Source of the DNA: Tubulanus polymorphus
Taxonomy: Eukaryota > Animalia > Nemertea
NCBI RefSeq assembly: GCF_964204645.1
Contig: NC_134032.1
Span: 14,620,275 to 14,684,274, forward strand
Length of the DNA: 64,000 nucleotides
Reading direction: 5' to 3'
A program made the translations under genes and the position numbers. Shown here piece by piece: positions 14,106-27,695 of this stretch (the first letter of the stretch is position 1; each line of letters opens with the position of its first letter). Under the pieces are notes generated by a model. The model did not search any database. It was not told the DNA's origin and saw nothing but the letters and a program-made list of their open reading frames with translations.

Positions 14106-14893
14106 CACAGGGGTTTGGCGATGGGCTTGGATTTTATTTCTGGGTTGTTGATAATCTCGCGAGAATGGCGCTAAATATGAACTGCGAATAAATTCAAAAT
14201 ATCACGGAAATACCTTGTGTTTATATTGTTTATTTATCCGCTATAAAGTTCTGATAAACAATTGGTCGTTAAGAATCATTATCAGACGGTCGTCACGCTT
14301 TACTATATAAAATCACAAGGGATGAAACGCCAGGCCTCCGCTGTACTTAAATTTTCAGCCAGAAAGTTGGGACAGTCACGTGACATTCTGATGACGTCAT
14401 CGCATTTAAAACTTCAACACGAAAAGTTAACATATTTACAGACCGATATCAATTGTCAGATTATGATTCATATGAAATAAATAACTTATAAGTAATAAAT
14501 TATGACGAAATATATAATTCATAGTAAAAAAATGCATTTGAATGTAAGTTATTCTCAAATATTTTTCGTATCATAGTTTCCATCTTATATGCTTCAGGTT
14601 CGCGTTCAGTCAAATAAGAAGCGTTAAGTCACGTGACTGTCCCAACTTTCTGGCTGGCACAACTCTGAAGGCGTTTCATCCCTTGTTCTTTTATATAGTA
14701 GCGTGACGACCGTCTGATAATGATTCTTAACGACCAATTGTTTATCGAAACTTTATAGCGGATAAATAAACAATATAAACACAAGGTATTTCCGTGATAT
14801 TTTGAATTTATTCGCAGTTCATATTTAGCGCCATTCTCGCGAGATTATCAACAACCCGGAAATAAAATCCAAGCCCATCGCCAAACCCCTGTG
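14106..14893. mobile_element. 788-bp fold-back MITE (P/hAT-like), copy 1
   Basis: Termini CACAGGGGTTTGGCG...CGCCAAACCCCTGTG, inverted repeats over 200 bp, perfect 8-bp TSD CCTATAGA. Confidence 0.93.
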
Positions 14894-16158
14894 CCTATAG
14901 ACGGCATATAGAATACTTTAGGCCACGCAAAGAAATATTGTTTCTCATCAGCCCTTTTTCGGAAAAGTGACGAGGGTGGAAGGTTTTCATTTTTACCTCT
15001 CTTAAAAGAAAAAGATATATATAAATAAAAATCCTCATTCAAAATTTTTCATTATTTTTATGAATAGGGAAATCCGGAAATTTAGGGGATCTTTAATCAG
15101 GATGGAAAGAACTTCGTTCCTTTGAACTTGAACTTATTGCACCGTATATAAAATTTATAGCCTACACAGGTTTAAGACATGAAATAATAAATTGACAGAG
15201 AACAAAACAAACCGAAAGTTACAAAGTCACCGAAATACTCACCTGCCACAGATCAATTGGGTCATGACCGTGAAGAAAAACATTTTTAAAAAGTGTGATA
15301 AGGTTGTTTATCAGGATGCGTGTGGGAGTGTTTTACTAAAACAGGATCCAATCCCACAGTTGCGAGTTAGTTAATTCTGAGTTAAAGTTACCGTAGTTCA
15401 TTTTCGATGAGTTAAATCAAAGAGTTAAATCTTAACTCGGAACTGTGGAACTGGACCCAGGTGTCTACATGCGGGATGCCCATTTTTATCTTTAATTCTA
15501 ACTGACGAACTGTTTTTTGACGCGCGCGGAAAATGAAACCGATGAGAAACAAGCAATTTTTTGCGTGGCCTTATGGAAAACTATTAGGATTATAGGGCAA
15601 AAAATTGAAAACCCTCTACACTGCTCCAATGCTGCGATCATGCCCATGAAAATAAACTGATGGTTTTCTGACCCACTTGGCTTGGCAGCGTATGTACAAC
15701 ATGAGTCAGTAACCTGACTGTGGTTTAGTTTCACGATCGCATATTTTCACAAACCACATATATATGTTGGTTTAAGCCCATCCGATTATAAAATGCTTAC
15801 CACTAATGATTAGGTAACTAACTAGTCTCATCGGGTCGGAATCGCCAATATCGGATGGCTCGAGATCACAATTCCATGAACGATACGAAATTATTTCTTA
15901 TCCGATCCTTAACTCAGGTGAATTTGCCAGTCCCAGTTTATACTAGGCATCGAACTATGGGAAATTGTCGGCAGCAGTCTGTTCGTTCCGAAAATCCTAC
16001 AATACTCATTACAAAAATAACAAACAGGTGAAATTAATAATATCTATATTTCAATATTAATAATACATGTTTATCTACATTATGATAATCATTAATTACA
16101 TGTGTTATTTACAACCTTTGCAAAGTTTTTTTTTCCATCTGTTTTAATAAAACTACTG

Positions 16159-16376
16159 GGCTCAGTTTCACAGAAAGGTTTAGCTCTTAAATCGATTTAA
16201 TTTCTTCAATAATTCAGTTTATCTTAAATCGCTTTAGGTCTTAATCCTTTTTGCGAAACTGGGACATGGGCCGGTTTTATAGATTGGTATCACCTTTAAC
16301 CCAGGGGCTAACTCAATTCATTATCAATTAAGTTAGCCCCCGGGTTAAAGGTAATACCAGTCTATAAAACTGGGCC
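16159..16376. mobile_element. Two abutting Harbinger-like MITEs (16159-16265, 16269-16376)
   Basis: Each is internally palindromic with GG(C/T)C-type ends; CTG/ATG/CTG junctions. Confidence 0.7.
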
Positions 16377-18473
16377 CTGAGTATCGATTCATCAATTCAT
16401 TTTACATTCGTATCATCAAAACAACAATCATTCAAATTTTCATTCACATTAAAATAAAAAGAATGAAAAAATTTCAAAATAAATTCGTCGATTGTAATAA
16501 AATGCGGTCAACCCTCGGTTTTCGGCACAAATTTAGATTCCCTGATTACAAAAATAATTCATTTCATTGTCTCAATAATGATCTTCAAAACCCAGTTCAG
16601 CACAGGCCAGGGGCTGCAGTTGCTCGAAATTTGGTTAGAATTACCAGCGGATAGTTGACATAGTGACAATGGAAAACCGGCATACCAGCTATCCCGTTAG
16701 ATGGCGCCACTGAGATATCAGGCGTACTCGATCAAAATTAGTTCATTTTCAAGTAACTTAGATCTCACCAATTTTTGGTCTTCCAATCCAAAAATTGGGC
16801 AAATCACGCATCGAAATAAACTTTGATAAGTGATGATTTTCATATATCATGCATAGAATTTGAGAAATTATTGTTAGATTTTAATTATTGAGTTTGAGAA
16901 GAAATCCAGCGTCAACGTCGTATTGTACACTAGCAACACCTGGTGGATTATGGTGGAATTCCGCTTGCCACAGTAATGTTGCCGGTACCCCATTAAAACG
17001 AACAGACTTAACGTTATGTAATAAAAACCTACGATATTGAAGATCGGTAACTAAAAATGAATTGAACTGACGCTTCTTCAGAGATTCATTCGAAATGTCT
17101 GATGATGGGTAGAAGTATTCTTCTAGATCCAAAAAGTCAACGTAACTCATTCGTTAGTTGTTACATCTTCAATAATCTGCGTGTATCTTTACATTACATC
17201 AGACTGCGACCTGTCTAAAATTATTATGACTATATCTTTGTATATATCCTACTACTCTGAAATACCACTAATCTCATGTATAAAACTTGCGTGCGTAACA
17301 AACATTTCCAGTAAATATTCCGTAAGATTTTCATATTTGACCTACATACCGTCATAGAAGACTGACCTACTGACCTACTTATTCCAGAAACTGATTAATT
17401 TTGCATTAGATGCCATAATTTACGATCTACCATATAAATGCATGAGTTTATACATAATCATTGAACAGTTAAAAACCTCATTATAAAACAATCACTGCTA
17501 TAAACTGATTCGTCCAGTTCAGACACGGGGGGGGGGGGGCTATCCTCACACGCCAGGGCTTGGTTTTCTTACCCGCTGAAGGCAAGAGGCAAACAAGCCC
17601 TGGCAAGTGAGGATGCTGCAACAGGAGTGAATGAAATCTGGATTACTTAAGCTTTATAAGCTGCTTACCTAATAACCTTAGTCTGAAAAAAGGGCTCATG
17701 GAGCATGAAATACTACAGTGTCTGATCTTCCACTTGCCCATGGGGCAAGCATATCTGAAATTTCACTAGCCCCCTCCAAAAGCTACTTGCCCTACACTGG
17801 CAGTCGGATTGGTGGCACTATCATCTGTTGTATCGTGTGGGAAAAAACTTTGTGACATAAAATTGCACTAGCTCGGCGGACAAGTGATAAATGATAACCT
17901 ACTTGCCTGATGAGAATATACTTGTCCCGGGCAATCGGACAAGTGCTTAGATCGGACCCTGTACTAGATGATCTTAGGGTGACCCCTAGAATGACATCAA
18001 TCATTTATACATATTTCAACCGCACAAAATTGACAATAAAATACAAAATAGAAAATCGGTGGTGGTGGACATACGGCGCGCGGACGCAGAAAAAATACAA
18101 AATAAAATCATTATGAGATTCATAACTCCTCGTGAACGAAAAATAACGATGAACAATATCAACAAACAGGGTCGAGTTCCACAGGAGTACAACAGCAGAC
18201 GACCGGGATTCACCTTCTGAATCTAAAATATCTAACATTGGTTTGTGTGAATTCATTCCCGCGAACGTTAAACAATTTCCCTCACAATTCAATACACTGA
18301 GATTGTCTACTAATTAACTAATTACAAAACCTCGTCAGCAAAATTAATCAGTAATCAAAATCTAAAACATTATTCATTTATTATTCATGAAAGTTTCTAA
18401 CCTTCATGCCGTATTTTTCTTAAGTCGCCCGATAAAACCGGGCTCTGTTGCAGCTCCTCAAGTTAAACATCTG

Positions 18474-18722
18474 GGGCCAGTAACACAGTCGTGACTAAAG
18501 TCCAAAAGTGGTCTTACATCTTAAAACTGGTCTTAAATTGTTAGATTGGCTATAGAACAAAGTTGGTCTTAGACTGGTCTTAAGTTTAAGCCATGACTAT
18601 GCAACCGGCCCCTGGGTCCGGTTCCACAGTTCTGAGTTAAGATCTGACTCTGGGTAAACTCATTGAAAATGAACTAACTTTAACTCAGAGTTAACTCTTA
18701 CTCACGACTGTGGAGCTGGGTC
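18474..18722. mobile_element. Two abutting Harbinger-like MITEs (18474-18611, 18615-18722)
   Basis: CTG|gggcc...ggccc|CTG|ggtccggttccacag...ctgtggagctgggtc|CTG. Confidence 0.8.
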
Positions 18723-19244
18723 CTGATGATAGATTTTTAACTCAAAAAAGGCGATCTTTATTCACTAGATTGGTTCTAGAATCGTAAGTGGTTCTAGAAT
18801 CGTAAGTTAAGTCCGTTTAACCAAAGTCGAGACCGTGGTCCCGATTTGAACAATTGCGAATGAAACAAAAAACGGCGTCTTTGATCTTTAAGACTTGACG
18901 TAAGTAGCACAACGATTGTCAATAGAATCAAAACGAGCTCGGTTTTAGACCGGAGTATCTTACATCGCGCTATCAAAATCCTAAGTACACGAAAACTGAG
19001 GGCAACAAAAATCAGGTTTTCCGGTAAAAACATTAAAAAACAAAGCGCAAATTATCATAAAGTAGATATTGATGCATACGTTATCCTGAGTGTAAAACTA
19101 TTCGAACAGATACTGAATTAACATATCACTATTAATACACGATGATTGTTAAACAAACTGTCTATTTATTCATCTATTGTTATCTATTCGATGTTGAATT
19201 AAGCACCATTTGTTGTTCAGTAAGTCACAGACGCCCTAGAAACA

Positions 19245-19540
19245 AACTGACCGATGACCAGTCATTAAGAAAAGTGACCAGTCAGCTGTTGCTAAGCAAA
19301 CTGACCAGTTTGCTATTGCTAAGTGAACTGACCAGTTTGCTATTGCTAAGTGGACTAACCAATCAGCTGTAACTAAGCGAGCTGACCAGTAAGCTAACCA
19401 CTGACTGACCGCAGATAAGTAAACCGACCACTGACCAGTAAGCTGACCAGTGACTGACCGCAGATAAGTTAACTGACCACTGACCAGCAAGCTGACCAGT
19501 GACTGACCGCAGATAAGTAAACTGACCACTGACCACTGCT
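19245..19540. repeat. Short tandem repeats at start of EXT1 3'UTR
   Basis: ctgaccagt / gactgaccgcagataagtaa units starting just past the stop codon. Confidence 0.85.
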
Positions 19541-19545
19541 AGTTA

Positions 19546-19909
19546 TCACGTCACTGTTTCGATTTGTCGATATTTTTTCCGCACGACCGAGACGGGATCT
19601 TTAAACAGAATCGGATCGAGTCTCATCGACGAGCGTATTAACGGCATGTAACCGAACGTACTCGCGAATATATTAATACAGTGTTGCCGCGTTGCGAAAT
19701 GTTCAGCGCTGAGCCACGTCGAGTGACCCGACGACGACGACGACGACATCGACTCTTTATACTGCTTGCGTTGAGTTACTTTAATCGGTGGAAGTTTCGT
19801 AACGTGACTCACGAGGAAGTTCATTAAAATGTCTTCACAGTTTCGCCATTGGTCGATCATTCGCAGCAGAGACGTAGCGAGGTAATTAGTGAACAAGTAA
19901 TTATAATAC
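19546..19909 (-). CDS. EXT1: EXT1 exon 8 (last coding exon)
   Basis: YYNYLFT...[30 protein letters not shown]...[25 protein letters not shown]. The exons sum to 2310 nt (769 aa). Confidence 0.96.
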
Positions 19910-19967
19910 CTGAAATTATATAACAATGGACTGAAATTACTAGTTGATTAAACCGATCGGGGATTAC

Positions 19968-20420
19968 TGTGGCAAGTGAGGAATCACCAGGTGTCACTGC
20001 TGTGCAGTAGGACATCAATTACTATGGCAATAGAGCATTCGACTTGGGGCAGATTCGTCAAGTGTGCAGTAGGACTTGTGGCAAGTGAGGATCCACCAGG
20101 TGGCGCTAAGGTTCGATAGGACATCAATTTATGCGGCAATTGATAATTTCAATTGTGGCAAGTGAGGTTCCACCAGGTGGTACTAGGGTTCAATAGGACA
20201 TCAACTAATGCGGCAATAGACGATTTCAATTGTGGCAAGAGAGGATCCACCAGGTGGCGCTAAGGTTCGATAGGACATCAATTAATGCGGCAATTGATAA
20301 TTTCAATTGTGGCAAGTGAGGTTCCACCAGGTGGTACTAGGGTTCAATAGGACATCAACTAATGCGGCAATAGACGATTTCAATTGTGGCATGTGAGGAT
20401 CCACCAGGTGGCGAAAGTGT
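19968..20420. repeat. 77-bp tandem repeat in EXT1 intron 7 (same family 21270-21540 in intron 5)
   Basis: tgtggcaagtgaggatccaccaggtggcgcta...taggacatcaa. Confidence 0.9.
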
Positions 20421-20488
20421 GCTGTCCTACTGCCATCTAGTGATGTGGGATATAGGTGTATTAAGCCCTGTATAGAATAACAACGTAC

Positions 20489-20649
20489 CCATGATAAAAA
20501 GCAGCACCAGTTAAAACCATTGAATAATCATTGGTCCATTTAGAAGAGTAACCCCAACGAGATCGTTCGTCGTCCCAGAAATGATTACGAGCCGGATATC
20601 CGACGATACGATCGGGGAATTGACGCCAGATTGAAAACGCAAAATCAAT
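20489..20649 (-). CDS. EXT1: EXT1 exon 7
   Basis: [26 protein letters not shown]...[20 protein letters not shown]|gtacgt; 161 nt. Confidence 0.95.
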
Positions 20650-21037
20650 CTGAAAAATACACATAAAACATTAAAGCTTTTTCAATTGATCGAAAGAAGG
20701 AAAATATCATTTCGAGAACATTTTCTGATTTTTCCATATTTTTTTAAATAGCCATAGAAAAAAAGCTCTTGAAGGGGAGATCCGCGCGACATCCGACATT
20801 TTAAGGGTATTTTTCCGATGTATCTTTCTACTTTCCGGAAATGTCCGGAAAAGCAATTGATCAAAGTCAAGACGGTGGGGGAGGGGGTGGGTTATAGCGG
20901 AATTCCGGAAATATCAGAAATGTCGGATGTCGCACCTAAATGTTCAAGGGCCAACAAAATAAGATTTTTCCAAAACTATCAAAGACCTTCCAAACCCGTA
21001 AGAACCCTCTTGACAATTGGGCGTCTTATGACTGTAC

Positions 21038-21226
21038 CTCATCAGTGGTAAGCATTGCGTCATCGTCTAAACTCAATACGGCGTTCGTTTTAATCGAACT
21101 GTATGGAAAAAACCGACTACTGATCGTTTTCTCTGCGTTGTTAATGACGACGATTGTTACGTTACGAGGTACCGGCCAGCGGATACGAGACGGCAGCGTC
21201 GTCGAACTCTGCCAGATTATTAAAAG
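21038..21226 (-). CDS. EXT1: EXT1 exon 6 (GT64 domain, DxD motif)
   Basis: LLIIW...ISSRFFPYSSIKTNAVLSLDDDAMLTTDE|gtacag; 189 nt. Confidence 0.95.
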
Positions 21227-21584
21227 CTGAAAAGATATACGAAGATTAGATATGCGAGTTAGCAATCAACTGTGGCATGTGAGGTTTTACTAGGTGTCGC
21301 TAGTGTGCAGTAGGACATCAACTACTGCGGCAATAGAGGATTACACTTATGGCAAGTGAAGATCCAACAGGTGTCGCTAGTGTGCAGTAGGACATCAACT
21401 TCTGCGGCAATAGAGAATTACACTTATGGCAAGTGAAGATCCAACAGGTGTCGCTAGTGTGCAGTAGGACATCAACTTCTGCGGCAATAGAGAATTACAC
21501 TTATGGCAAGTGAAGATCCAACAGGTGTCGCTAGTGCGCAGTAGGTTTAGGGTTGTATAAAAGCCAGCGCCACCTATAACGTAC

Positions 21585-21839
21585 CTTTTCTAAAAATGCC
21601 GATCGACCGAGTTGTTTAACAAGTTTATACAACGACGATTGCGGATGATAGGAGGAGCCACCGGTCGAATAGATAACAGCTGTAAACGTCCCCACGGGGG
21701 AAAACCCGAGATTTCCGTAGTAAAACGGAAACATTGATAAACTAGACGAGAATTCATTCATGTATAACAAGGCGCCGGGAATTGTATTCCAGACCAGTGA
21801 AGATTTATGCAGAGCATCTTCTACGCGATTACGTAATAT
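21585..21839 (-). CDS. EXT1: EXT1 exon 5
   Basis: ttttcag|ILRNRV...WNTIPGAL...FPFYY...FTAVIY...FLEK|gtacgt; 255 nt. Confidence 0.93.
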
Positions 21840-22478
21840 CTGAAAAATGTATGAGTGAGAAATGTTAATAGAATATACATGTTAATATATAAACCATGTT
21901 AACATATAAACCATCTAAAATATTCGGATTCGAATTTGTATAGGAGGCCGTTCTATAGTTGTGAGTTCAAGACCTACTCAACTGGCATCAAGGCCCAGAT
22001 CATAAGAAGTCTGATAGTAAGAAGTCTAAGCTACAGAACTAAGATGGTCTTTAAGTAACAATTGTGTAGATTTTTATTTGGTAATATTTCATATATTTGT
22101 CTACTGAAATTTATGTTCACTATGCAATCATCTTATTTTCTTGCCCAATATTTTACACGTGTATCTGTCGTAAAGTCTGTCGAGATATTTTATGTCAGGG
22201 TTCACAGGTTCATGGCGAACCAAAATTGAAGGCCATTCAAGAATTTGCTTTCGACAATTCAAGGATATTCATTGATTTCAACAACTTAGAGCCGGCCTAA
22301 GCTCATCTTAGTACTTTAGGAAATCTAACAAATGAAGACCAGACTTTTCATTTAAGACCGCTTTTGGAGTTAAGTCACGATTGTCAAGCATGTGTATCCT
22401 GAATTTCAATTTCGATTTCATCTGAATTAATTACTAGAGTCGAAAAAACATTTTGGGAAACAATTTTTAAGAATTTAA

Positions 22479-22751
22479 CCATTTCAGTGCGTCTACACCG
22501 CAGTGCGGTGTATAAATCAGTGATAGATTTTGCTAGTACATCGCACTGCGGTGTATTGATTTAATTAGTAATTATCTCTCTTGAAAAATGGCAGCACCTG
22601 TCAAAAATAGTGAAATACTAGTAACTAACGATACACCGCGCCGCGGAGTAGAAGCACTACAGTCTCCCGTTAACACATTAGGGTGGAATTTTTCAGAATT
22701 TTCAAATTATCTCCAGCACTATAGGGTATTAATTAGTCAGCACTGAAAGGG
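22479..22751. mobile_element. piggyBac-like MITE
   Basis: TTAA|CCATTTCAGTGC...GCACTGAAAGGG|TTAA. Confidence 0.88.
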
Positions 22752-22777
22752 TTAAGGATCGAAATACAAATAGTTAC

Positions 22778-22897
22778 CTCAAGCGTGGACGCGACGATCT
22801 TATCAACAGACGAAAAATACGCGTCCCACAGAACTTGAGTTTGTTGACGCAAAGCGAGCACATCTTGGTGGCTGATACTGCGCACTATGGAAGGAAC
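22778..22897 (-). CDS. EXT1: EXT1 exon 4
   Basis: cag|[40 protein letters not shown]|gtaact; 120 nt. Confidence 0.95.
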
Positions 22898-22980
22898 CTG
22901 TGGCGAGTAAGGATAGATCAGTGTCGAATATCAAAACGATCAGAAACGCAGAAAAATCAACTAGGACTTTTTTTCCTTAC

Positions 22981-23107
22981 CTGCAACAATAAGCGTTCGT
23001 CGCCCCAGACGACGACTTTATTCCAGTCGATCACTTCGCTGAACGGTAATTCCCAGTCGTTGCTGAGTATTACGGGAATACATCCGGCTTGTAATACCTC
23101 TAAAAAC
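22981..23107 (-). CDS. EXT1: EXT1 exon 3
   Basis: [28 protein letters not shown]...DERLLLQ|gtaagg; 127 nt; not in ORF track. Confidence 0.95.
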
Positions 23108-23324
23108 CTGTAATATATCGATACAAAACAAACCACATCAGATCTCGGCTAGTTTGTGTCAATATGTTATTCTACGACTCACGAGCGACAATTTTCATGT
23201 TTTTCGTTTTTTTAAATCGATTTGAAATGTCGATAAATGGTTTTTTCAAATCGTCACCGCGTTGTTGATGATGACAGAACCAATTTGAAAAATAACAAGA
23301 AAATGATTTTATATTCCATGAGGA

Positions 23325-23875
23325 TGATGTATGGGCTGTATGGTGGTGTATAGGGCAGTATGATGGTGTATGGGTCTGTATGATGGCGTATAGGGATGTG
23401 TGATGGCGTATGGGGCTGTATGAATTGGTGTATGGGGCTGTATGATGGTGTATGGGGCTGTATGGAGGTGTATAGAGCAGTATGATGGTGAATGGGGCTG
23501 TATGGTGGTGTATAGGGATGTATGATGGTGTATGGGGCTGTATGGTGGTGTATAGGGATGTATGATGGTGTATGGGGCTGTATGAGTTGGTGTATGGGGC
23601 AGTATTATGGTGTATGGATCTGTAGGATGGTGTATAGGGATGTATGATGGTGTATGGGGCTGTATGATGGTGTATGGGAATGTATGATGGTGTATGGGGA
23701 TGTATGATGGTGTATAGGGATGTATGATGGTGTATGGGGGCTGTAAGATGGTGTAATGGGTCTGTATGATGGTGTATGGGGCTGTATGATGGTGTATGGG
23801 GCTGTATGATGGTGTATGGGGCTGTATGATGGTGTATGAGTTGGTGTATGGGGCTGTATGATGGTGTCTGTATGA
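23325..23875. repeat. 20-bp minisatellite
   Basis: tgtatgatggtgtatggggc. Confidence 0.95.
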
Positions 23876-24999
23876 TTTAGGTGTTTTTTCCGTGAATAGA
23901 TTTTCTTCATTTTCAGTAATGATTTTATGATTGTCCGTTGAGTGCGATGTGTTTTAACGTAATTATACTGGAAGTGCGTCGGTGAATTCTAACCAATCAC
24001 AACGCTTCAATCTATTGATTAATCATCGACGAATTCAGTTTAAACGCATTAGCAAAAACTGCAACTCGAAAAACATATTGAAAAATCGAAATGACGGATC
24101 AGATTGCACAGTTGTCGGTTGATATGAATTACCTGCAGGGTTAAACAATTTAGTTAGATATAACTATATCATTGAACTGGGTCTACTGAATACATTTTCA
24201 AAATTCGGGTTTACCAGAATTAGATGGTGATAACTATAAATGCTCAAAGCCTAAATAAGAAAGTCATCGTTTTAGCAGTGATATTCTAGTTAAGAGGAGC
24301 CAGGGCCAGGGGGGGGATAGGTAACCAGCAGCATGATCCAGTACCACAGTTCTGAGTTTTAAGATTTAACTGTCATTGGAAATGAACTAATTTCAACTCT
24401 AACTATCACATCTAAGGAACTAGGAGGAGGGACTAGTGACAATTATCACGAGGTTATCATCTAGGAAGGAGAGATGAAGGGGGAGGGGGAAAAGGCCATT
24501 GATACGGCAATTTGAAAAAGGCAGTGGGATGTAGGGCATGGGCAGCATGACCCAGTGCCACAGTTCAGAGTTTAATCACATCTAAGGAACCTGGGGAGAG
24601 GAGGCTACTGACACTTATCATAGGGTTATGATAGGGTTAGGGGGTGATAATATAGGAGAGATGGGGGTAGAGGCTATTTGAAAAAAAGCAATCCGTATGA
24701 TATAAATAAAGTGATTTGTATTTTTCATCATCAATCAGTTTATACTCTCAGTGTAAGAGTAGGCGAACAGCGTTACACCTGTTAACATATCATTGTCATT
24801 ATTAGTTTTTCTTTTTTTTTGAATAAACAGCGTGTTATCCTAGTTATCTTTTTTTTTGAATAAACAGCGTGTTATCCTAATTATCACCCACTCGTCGCCC
24901 CATTCACATACACCCACTCACCCACTCTCGCTCTGAACTTATTAACAGACAGCGTGTGTAATCATGTTTTTTTGATATCAGAACAGAATTAGTTCCCAC

Positions 25000-26057
25000 G
25001 TTGTTGCTGCTGCTGTTGTTTTTTGCTGCCGCTGTTGCTGCTGCTGCGGTGTGGGGGTGGTTGGTTAGCTGCCGCTGCTGCGGTGTGGGGGTGGTTGGTT
25101 AGCTGCTGCTGTTGCTGCTGCTGTTGTTTTTTGCTGCCGCTGTTGCTGCTGCTGCGGTGTGGGGGTGGTTGGTTAGCTGCTGCTGCTGCGGTGTGGGGGT
25201 GGTTGGTTAGCTGCTGCTGTTGCTGCTGCTGTTGTTTTTTGCTGCCGCTGTTGCTGCTGCTGCGGGGTGGGGGTGGTTGGTTAGCTGCTGCTGCTGCGGT
25301 GTGGGGGTGGTTGGTTAGCTGCTGCTGTTGCTGCTGCTGTTGTTTTTTGCTGCTGCTGCGGGGTGGGGGTGGTTGGTTAGCTGCTGCTGTTGCTGCTGCT
25401 GTTGTTTTTTGCTGCCGCTGTTGCTGCTGCTGCGGTGTGGGGGTGGTTGGTTAGCTGCTGCTGCTGCGGTGTGGGGGTGGTTGGTTAGCTGCTGCTGTTG
25501 CTGCTGCTGTTGTTTTTTGCTGCCGCTGTTGCTGCTGCTGCGGGGTGGTTGGTTAGCTGCTGCTGCTGCGGTGTGGGGGTGGTTGGTTAGCTGCTGCTGT
25601 TGCTGCTGCTTTTGTTTTTTGCTGTTTTTGCTGTTGCTGCTGCTGCGGGGTGGGGGTGGTTGGTTAGCTGCTGCTGCTGATGCGGTGTGGGGGTGGTTGG
25701 TTAGCTGCTGCTGCTGCTGCTGATGCGGTTGGTTAGCTGCTGCTGCTGCTGCTGATGCGGTGTGGGGGTGGTTGGTTAGCTGCTGCTGCTGATGCGGTGT
25801 GGGGGTGGTTGGTTAGCTGCTGCTGCTGCTGCTGATGCGGTTGGTTAGCTGCTGCTGCTGCTGCTGATGCGGTGTGGGGGTGGTTGGTTAGCTGCTGCTG
25901 CTGATGCGGTTGGTTAGCTGCTGCTGCTGCTGCTGCTGATGCGGTTGGTTAGCTGCTGCTGCTGCTGATGCGGTTGGTTAGCTGCTGCTGCTGCTGCTGC
26001 TGCTGATGCGGTGTGGGGGTGGTTGGTTAGCTGCTGCGGGGTGGGGGTGGTTGGCTA
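25000..26057. repeat. Compound (GCT)n / ggtgtgggggtggttggtta repeat
   Basis: Direct inspection; the ORFs here are repeat artefacts. Confidence 0.95.
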
Positions 26058-27695
26058 GTTTAAGTTCAATTTGTGTAGGAATTATAATTAATATTGAATA
26101 AGAGAGAGTTGTTTGTATCGTTTTGGTTACAGACGTTACAGTAGCAGCTCGTCGGGTAATTTATTATATATACATCGGAGATAGATAGATTGTATACAAA
26201 TTAATCCGATGATGATAAGACGTTGTCGTCATCGCCGTAGTAACGAGAGAAGAGCGAGATGAAAGATGCGGGTTAACAATGGTTTCAGATGTTTATCGTC
26301 GCTTCACTAATTATAAATGAACCTTCAAGATGTTTATAGATTCTGTGGTTGAGGGTAACACGTTGATTCCTTAGAGAATGCAGCACCGTGCTGTGCGTGG
26401 TTATCTTAATTTCCTCTTTTTGATTATGGATTCATTCATTTTCAGCTATTTCGATTCAGTAGAGAATCAGAGAAGAATCATAGGAATCAAAGAATACTAT
26501 TGGAGGGCAGAATCTAAGGAATCTAAAGGGGAATCAGAGTAAAACATGGAGGAATCTAAGAATCAAATGATTCTGAAGATTAATCCGAGTAAAACATGGA
26601 GAAATCTAAGAATCAGAGTAAACATGGAGGAATCTAAGAATCAGAGAGAATCAAATGAATCTGAAGAAGAATCAGAGTAAAACATGGAGAAATCTAAGAA
26701 TCAGAGGAGAGAATCAAATAATACTATTGGAGGGCAGAATGTAAGGAATCAGAGGGCGAATCAGTGGAAAATATAGGGGGAATCAGAGAATCAGATTTGA
26801 AAGGAATCTGAAGAATCTGGAGGAAAGAATCGGAGCAGCGTCATTACTGTTCGGCTGACAGTCGAGATCATTAAAGGGTCACATTGTTCAGTCCTTCGTG
26901 TTATGAATGATAGATTCAGTGCAGAGTGCGGCTGCGGCGAGCGGGGAAAGGCGAGACTATCGTTTAGGGAAATAATACTTCGATATTTTGTTATTTATAT
27001 CATGAGATTAGGAATTCATATCTGGCGATATCATTTTGCTGATTGAACCGCGTCGAGATGCATTATTCATAAACAACTCACGAAGAATAATCTCGAGCGT
27101 GGTCCTACATTTTTGGTCGCGGGCCAAATTTTGCCCCGTGTACATTTCGACACACGCGTGACGTAACAACCGTTAACTTTGAGTTAAAGTTAAGTCTAAG
27201 CAGAAGAAAATTTTCAGTAAAAGTATCCCGCCCTTTACTTTGGAATAACATCAGTGAAAATCTAAAAAACATGGAAAATTCTAAACTGTTCCTAAGAAAT
27301 TATAGAAAGCAACTTTGTGCTTGATTTTATCATACAGTTATTCGAACTAAAATTATTGTTTTTGGAATATTTCAGAAAATAACTGGCTTATTAAATGATT
27401 ATATCTTAATCAAGCTGTTATCATAGTTTACTTTGATTGCATTTTGTGTGTTAAGGGTTGACTGTGAGCATATTATTTTCTTTAATGCATTTCTCTTTTT
27501 TTCTTTTCTCTTTTCAGGGACCTGTTTTATACAAACTATTCCTTAGTTTCTACAGACCCCCCCTCCAGGTCTAATTTACTGTATTTTGTATTATGCTTTG
27601 TACACTATGCTGTAAATTATATTTGAAAAATAAAGTGTTCAAATCAAATCGAATCAAAGTTAAAGATATTGAGAAAACATTTATTCGAGCGGTAC

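Noticed and set aside
16881-18292. ORFs 16881-17150 and 18005-18292 as genes
   Set aside because: No recognisable motifs or consistent splice frame; possibly EXT1 3'UTR or intergenic sequence.
25023-25723. Cys/Ala/Leu-rich ORFs
   Set aside because: (GCT)n compound repeat in an EXT1 intron.
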